Source: an uncultured Chloroflexia bacterium (lineage in GTDB: Bacteria; Chloroflexota; Anaerolineae; Anaerolineales; E44-bin32). From it: a DNA stretch of 64,000 nucleotides. Position numbers and translations under genes: made by a program. The notes under the pieces are model-generated. The model had not been told where the DNA came from, searched no databases, and saw only the letters and a list, made by a program, of their open reading frames with translations. The stretch's first letter is position 1; every line of letters begins with the position of its first letter. The stretch lies in contig CAWBME010000006.1 in the NCBI GenBank assembly GCA_963789825.1, forward strand, positions 5,541 through 69,540, written 5' to 3'. Below are positions 59,219 to 64,000 of the stretch, piece by piece.

Positions 59219-59504
59219 CGAACGGCTGATCCTTGGTCCAGACCCGGATGTTTTCGCTGCTGGGAGCAGGGAGGTGCCTGCCACGCCAGAGCCACCAGAT
59301 CCAAGCTGCCAGCAGTCCCAGGCCAACGCCGAGGATCGGCTCGAGCCACACCCCCCGGTACAGGGACCAACGCCAGAGGAGGAACAGCGCCGGCAGGGGG
59401 AGGACGAGCAGCACTCTGCGGCGCTGGCGGTGCTCTACGCGCGCCAGCGCGATCGCTACCAGGCAAGTGAGAACCGCGAGCACAACCACCGTCTGCCAGT
59501 CCAT
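59211..59504 (-). CDS. Small hypothetical membrane protein (3 predicted TM helices)
   Basis: 97-aa ORF whose stop overlaps the HAD gene start by 8 nt (ATGACTGA). Hydrophobic segments include VVVLAVLTCLVAIAL and LGVGLGLLAAWIWWLW. Confidence 0.5.
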   Translation of the reverse strand: MDWQTVVVLAVLTCLVAIALARVEHRQRRRVLLVLPLPALFLLWRWSLYRGVWLEPILGVGLGLLAAWIWWLWRGRHLPAPSSENIRVWTKDQPFDD

Positions 59505-59533
59505 GCGGGCAGTATATGCATCGCGGGAAGGCG

Positions 59534-59562
59534 TGTCAATCGAATCTGCCTGAAGCTATAAT
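59534..59562 (+). promoter_or_regulatory. Candidate promoter of mutL (weak -35, perfect TATAAT)
   Basis: TATAAT at 59557-59562 lies 15 nt upstream of the ATG at 59578. The -35 region TGTCAA is poor. Confidence 0.3.
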
Positions 59563-59577
59563 TCCTGCACGGACCCC

Positions 59578-61284
59578 ATGACCATCCACTTGCTGAGTCA
59601 GGATGTTGCGTCTGCCATCGCCGCTGGCGAGGTGATCGAGCGCCCGGTTTCGGTTGTCAAGGAGCTGATCGAGAACTCGCTGGATGCGTCGGCGAGGCGC
59701 ATCGACATTCGCCTGGAGGCCGGCGGGCTGCGGCTGATCGAGGTTGCCGACGATGGTGCGGGGATTGCGGCCGAGGACATGCCGCTGGCGTTCTCGCGCT
59801 TCGCCACATCGAAGCTGGCAACGCTGGAGGATCTGGCCGGGATTCACACCCTCGGATTTCGCGGCGAAGCGCTGGCGTCGATCGCCGCCGTGGCGCGTGC
59901 CTCGCTCTCCAGCCGTCCGCCCCAATCGGACGCAGGCTGGCGGATGCGGGCCGAGGCCGGCCGGTTGAGTGGACCGGAGCCGGTGGGGATGCCAGCCGGC
60001 ACGCTGGCGGAAGTGCGGGACCTGTTCTTCAACGTGCCCGCCCGACTGAAGTTCATGCGCTCCGAGGACTCGGAGCGGCGGCGCATCCTCTCCCTGGTGT
60101 CGCGCTATGCGCTGGCCTACCCGCAGATCGCCTTCCGACTGACGGTCGATGGACGCGACAGCCTGCACACCGATGGCGGCGGACAGGCGAAGGACGTGTT
60201 GGCGGCGGTCTACGGCTGGGAGATCGCGCGCGACATGTTGCCGCTCGGTCCGAGCGGCGAAGGGCCCGTGCAGGTGAGCGGGTATGTCAGCCCGCCAGCG
60301 GTCCATCGCTCGACGCGGCGGGAGGTGACGCTGTTCGTCAATGGGCGTTGGGTCCAGGACGCCGGCCTGGCGGCGGCCGTGGTCCAGGCCTACCACGGGT
60401 TGCTGATGGTCGGCCGTTTCCCGATCGCCGCCGTATTCGTGCGCCTGCCGCCGGAAAGCATCGACGTCAATGTCCACCCGGCCAAGGCGGAGATTCGCTT
60501 CCGTGAGGCGAGTCTGGCGTTTGTTGTCGTCCAGCGTGTGATCCGTGCGACATTGCTCGGCCACGCACCTGCAGCCGATTTCGGGCCGACGGGGTTGCCT
60601 GCGCGCACGATGCCGGCCGTTGGGCTCGATTGGATCGCGGCTCAGGCCGCACTGCAACCACCGGACCTTGAGAGCGCCGGGCCCGCCGCAGCGCCGGCGC
60701 CCTGGCTGCCGCTGCTACAGGCGGTCGGACAGGTTGGACGGAGTTACATCGTCGCCGAGGCGCCGGACGGTGTATACCTGATCGACCAGCACGCCGCGCA
60801 CGAGCGCGTGCTGTTCGAAGCGTGGACGCGCCAGGAAGCGCAGGGTGACGTGCCGATGCAGCGGCTGCTCGAGGCGGTCGTGGTCGAGCTGACGCCCGCG
60901 CAGGCCGATCTGCTGCAGTCGCAGCTCGAGGACTTGCGCCGTCTGGGGTTCGACGTAGAGGCTTTCGGCGGCAACGCCTTCCGCTTGCGGGGCATGCCTG
61001 AGCTCCTCGCCCGCCTCGATCCGGCACAGGCGCTGCGGGTGCTGGTCGAGGATTTCGAGGAGGACGAGCGACCGCTGGAGGCCGAGCGGGAGCACCGGAT
61101 TGCCGGGCGGGTGTGCAAGCGGGCGGCGATCAAGGCCGGCCAGCTGTTGTCGCTCGCCGAGCAGACTGAACTGCTGCGCCAGCTCGAAACGTGCTCCCAG
61201 CCCCGCACCTGTCCGCACGGACGGCCAACGATGCTCCACCTCTCTCTCGACATGCTCGAGCGCCAGTTCGGCCGACGAGGCTGA
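59578..61284 (+). CDS. mutL: DNA mismatch repair protein MutL
   Basis: GHKL ATPase N-domain (IAAGEVIERPVSVVKELIENSLDA, DDGAGI, TLGFRGEAL). The C-terminal endonuclease region includes DQHAAHERVLFE and CPHGRP. Confidence 0.95.
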   Translation: MTIHLLSQDVASAIAAGEVIERPVSVVKELIENSLDASARRIDIRLEAGGLRLIEVADDGAGIAAEDMPLAFSRFATSKLATLEDLAGIHTLGFRGEALASIAAVARASLSSRPPQSDAGWRMRAEAGRLSGPEPVGMPAGTLAEVRDLFFNVPARLKFMRSEDSERRRILSLVSRYALAYPQIAFRLTVDGRDSLHTDGGGQAKDVLAAVYGWEIARDMLPLGPSGEGPVQVSGYVSPPAVHRSTRREVTLFVNGRWVQDAGLAAAVVQAYHGLLMVGRFPIAAVFVRLPPESIDVNVHPAKAEIRFREASLAFVVVQRVIRATLLGHAPAADFGPTGLPARTMPAVGLDWIAAQAALQPPDLESAGPAAAPAPWLPLLQAVGQVGRSYIVAEAPDGVYLIDQHAAHERVLFEAWTRQEAQGDVPMQRLLEAVVVELTPAQADLLQSQLEDLRRLGFDVEAFGGNAFRLRGMPELLARLDPAQALRVLVEDFEEDERPLEAEREHRIAGRVCKRAAIKAGQLLSLAEQTELLRQLETCSQPRTCPHGRPTMLHLSLDMLERQFGRRG

Positions 61285-61972
61285 GGGCCGCCCGGGCTGA
61301 GGTCGAAGCCCGGGACATGCGATCGACAGGCCATCTCCTCCGTCGGGACCCCACCACGCGGCGCCCGCGGATTCTGGGTTGCGCGCCCGGAGAAGATCGC
61401 CCGTGCGACCAGCCCGCGGAAACCGCTGGCGATTGTCGCCTCGCAACGCGGCTTTGGCAGTACCGGACATCCTGTGGCGCCCAATCGGAAGGCCGGGGGG
61501 CCCCCGTCTCTCCCCCTCCATCGCAGCCTGGTAGTCTCCGGTGCGCACCCCAAGGGGCCTGGAGGTCAGCCCCGAAACTGCAAGCGCACAACGCCCGTGC
61601 GGGCTTGTGCACGACGTGCCAGGGCCGCGCATTCCTTGCGCCGAACTGGCCTGCGGGGAGCCGATTCGCGCCCATATCGGCGAAGCAGGCCGGACAAGGG
61701 TGTCGCCGGCCATGGCTTTCTCGTACTGGGGGAGGCTTGTCAGGCTCCGTTCCTGGGCGAGTGGCGCCGACAGACTTGCGGCAGCTGCCTGGGGCCGCAA
61801 CCCGAAACCCACACACGCCCTTGAGCCGACGGCCCTTGGGAGGCTGCCGGGTGCGGGGATCCGCCGCGGCGAAGCGCTCGCTCCGCAATGATGCGGTCAG
61901 GTGGCGGGTGCGCGGGATCCCCGTGGAGACTGCCAGGCACCCGTCAACTCACTGGGTGCCAGGAACCCCCGA

Positions 61973-63335
61973 TCACGGTGCGCGGTGGCCGGTGCCGTCG
62001 AGGCGAGCTGCGGCTTGGGAAGGGAGGGTGGCGCCGGCGGCGTGGTTCAGGTTGCCGGCGGGGGGACGGTGGGGGGAGCGAGCGGATCGCGCGCTGCCGG
62101 CCGGCAGACTCACGGTGAATGTGCTGCCGACGCCGACCTGGCTGCTCAACGCCACTTGTCCACCATGGCTCTTGACAATGCGCTCGGCGATCGTCAGCCC
62201 GAGGCCGGTGCCGGGGGTGGTGGACTGCTGCTCGGGCACGCGATAGAAGCGTTCGAAGATATGGGACACGCTTTCGGGGGGGATGCCGCGCCCGGAGTCG
62301 CGCACGCTCAGTTCCACGGTATCGCCCTTGCGGCACAGCCCGACGGCGACCACGCCTCCGCGATGGTTGAACTTCATCGCATTGGTCAGCAAGTTGAGCA
62401 CAACCTGCTTGAGCCGATTGCGGTCGCCTTGGACCGGTGGAACGTCCCGGTCGGTGTTGTCCTCCAACCGGATTTGCTCGGCCTCGGCCAGCGGTCGGAT
62501 GATCTCCAGGCACTCGTTGATCAAGCCGCCGAGGTGGACCGGCTCGCGCGTCATCCGCACACGCCCTGATTCGAGCCGCGAGAGGTCTAGGAAATCGGTG
62601 GCCATCTCGTTGAGGCGGCGGACCTCGGCCTGCACCGTGGCGCCCATCTTGGAGCGCTGGTCTTCCGGCAGATCGGGGCGCTTCAGAAGATAGGCGGCCG
62701 CAGTCAGCGAGGCCAGCGGCGTCCGCAGCTCGTGCACCATTTCGGCGATCAGGTCGCTCTGCTGGAACAGCCGGCTGTTCTCGATGGCGACCGCGGCCTG
62801 TGCGGCCAGGGTCTGCAGCAGGCGGACATCGTCCTCATCGAACATTCCTTGCCGCTTGTTCACCACTTCGATAACGCCGATGGTCTTGTCTTTGGTGCGC
62901 AGGGGAGCGCCCAGCACATTGCGTGTTTGGAAGCGCGTGAGCACGTCGACCTCGCGGAAGAAGCGCGGGTCGCGCAGCACGTCGTCCACCAGGATCGGCT
63001 TCCCCTCGGTGAAGATCCATCCGGCAATGCTGTTGGCCACGGGGATCGGGGTCTTGCCCATGGGTTCGTCGATTCCCGCAGTTGCGGCTTCGAAATAGAG
63101 GTGCTGGGTTTCGGCGTCGTACAGGAGCAGCGATGCCGCTTCGGCCTCTGTCAGTTCGGCCGCCACATGGACGATGCGTCCGAGCAGCGAGTTCTAGGTC
63201 GAGCGTCGACGCCAAGTCGGACGAGGTTTCGAGCAGGCGCTCATAGCGTTGGTAGATGCGTGGATAGTTGCGGATGGCGGCCGTGTCGGATACGGCATCA
63301 TGCGGGAGCTCGGTCACAGAGCACCTCATCTGCAA
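61973..63335 (-). CDS. GAF-domain sensor histidine kinase, one apparent +1 frameshift
   Basis: N-terminal piece (ORF 62835-63335: ..YERLLETSSDLASTLDLE) shifts near 63185-63190. It continues LLGRIVHVAAELTEAEAASLLLYD.. (GAF), then H-box EMVHELRTPL and HATPase motifs NLLTNAMKF, DSGRGI, GTGLGLTI. The start is uncertain and overlaps the sirtuin gene 3' end. Confidence 0.85.
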
Positions 63336-64000
63336 GCGCGGCCAACACCTCGGCCGCTTCCTGATGGAAGACCAGAGCGGCGCGGCAGTCCAGGTAGGTG
63401 GGCTGCCGGTTGACGATGATCAGCCTGGCCCCGGAGCAAAGCGCCTGATAGGGCAAGCCGGCAGCCGGGTTCACCTCCAGCGACGAACCGACCACAAGGA
63501 ACAAGTCACATTCCCGCACCCACTCGTCTGCCCGCCGTAGTGCAGCCTGGGGCAGCTGTTCTCCGAACAGGATCACGTTGGGTTTGAGGAGGCAGCCGCA
63601 CTGCGGACAGCGGGGCGTGCCTCCGGAAACAAGCCAGTGCTCGAGCAGCTCTTGGGTCAGTAGGACGGCGAAGCAACCCGTGCAGGTCGCCTGGCGGATC
63701 GTGCCATGCAGCTCGATGACTTCCTGCGAGCCGGCTTGGCGGTGCAGATCGTCGACGTTCTGGGTGATGACCGCCCGCAGGCAGCCGGCGCGCTCGAGGG
63801 CTGCCAGCGCCGCGTGGGCGGCGTTGGGGCGGGCGTGTAGCATGCAGCCCGCCAGCGGGCGCACCCACTCGAAGAACCGTTCGGGGGTGTGGCGAAAGGC
63901 ACTGAGCGAGGCAACCGCCGTGGCCTCAGCGTTGTCCCATAGCCCGGACCCGGCGGAACGGAAATCCGGGATGCCAGAGAGGGTGGAGATGCCGGCGCCG
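63298..64000 (-). CDS. cobB: NAD-dependent protein deacylase (Sir2/CobB family), 5' end outside window
   Basis: The frame is open to the window edge: GAGISTLSGIPDFRSAGSGLW.., ITQNVDDLH, ELHGT, and zinc ribbon CTGC..CPQCG. These are sirtuin hallmarks. Confidence 0.88.
   Translation of the reverse strand, partial: GAGISTLSGIPDFRSAGSGLWDNAEATAVASLSAFRHTPERFFEWVRPLAGCMLHARPNAAHAALAALERAGCLRAVITQNVDDLHRQAGSQEVIELHGTIRQATCTGCFAVLLTQELLEHWLVSGGTPRCPQCGCLLKPNVILFGEQLPQAALRRADEWVRECDLFLVVGSSLEVNPAAGLPYQALCSGARLIIVNRQPTYLDCRAALVFHQEAAEVLAALADEVLCDRAPA

Noticed and set aside
61191-62246. 351-aa plus-strand ORF spanning the mutL-kinase gap as a possible real gene
   Set aside because: It overlaps the mutL 3' end and runs antisense through the kinase HATPase domain. 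Its composition is Arg/Pro/Gly/Ala-dominated with no motifs. The gap itself is kept as an open question.
1-64000. Mobile elements, prophage or defence islands (transposase, integrase, restriction-modification, toxin-antitoxin)
   Set aside because: No transposase, integrase or recombinase-like ORFs, terminal inverted repeats or flanking tRNA were seen. The lone HNH endonuclease has no partner genes. The only repeats are short REP/MITE-like elements.

Overview
High-GC, densely coding bacterial chromosomal window with about 55 protein genes. I found no rRNA, tRNA, CRISPR array or recognisable mobile element. Gene content and repeat style suggest a Chloroflexota-like organism, but that is a low-confidence inference.

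Layout:
- 1-8.3 kb: membrane H+-pyrophosphatase (hppA), a GldA/F/G-like ABC-2 module with a DUF4340 protein, and rpoD.
- 8.3-9.4 kb: non-coding gap that begins with a tandem array of ~40-bp palindromic units.
- 9.4-24.4 kb: nine consecutive polytopic GT-C-like membrane glycosyltransferase paralogs, with a tenth partial one at the left window edge.
- 24.4-32.5 kb: NarL-type response regulator and DegS-like kinase, followed by a Flp/Tad pilus locus (flp, cpaB, REC-cpaE, cpaF, tadB, tadC).
- 32.5-35.5 kb: comF, hpf, an uncharacterised two-domain protein and an HNH endonuclease.
- 35.6-48.7 kb: phnEDC phosphonate transporter, folC, lon, a lipoprotein, mfd and pth.
- 48.7-64 kb: rplY, NUDIX hydrolase, trmI, methyltransferase, lipid kinase, mgtE, S41 protease, CoA-transferase, HAD nucleotidase, mutL, GAF histidine kinase and a partial sirtuin.

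The most striking global property is that 17 apparent single-nucleotide frameshifts split otherwise well-conserved genes. This looks more like uncorrected sequencing or assembly indels than biology.

The most interesting biology:
- the GT-C paralog array
- the two-component/Tad pilus locus with a phosphorylatable REC-CpaE
- the palindromic tandem repeats after rpoD
- a dispersed-repeat cluster at 49.4-50.0 kb
- a small tail-anchored protein built from seven exact 15-residue repeats

I see no clear novel defence or mobile system.
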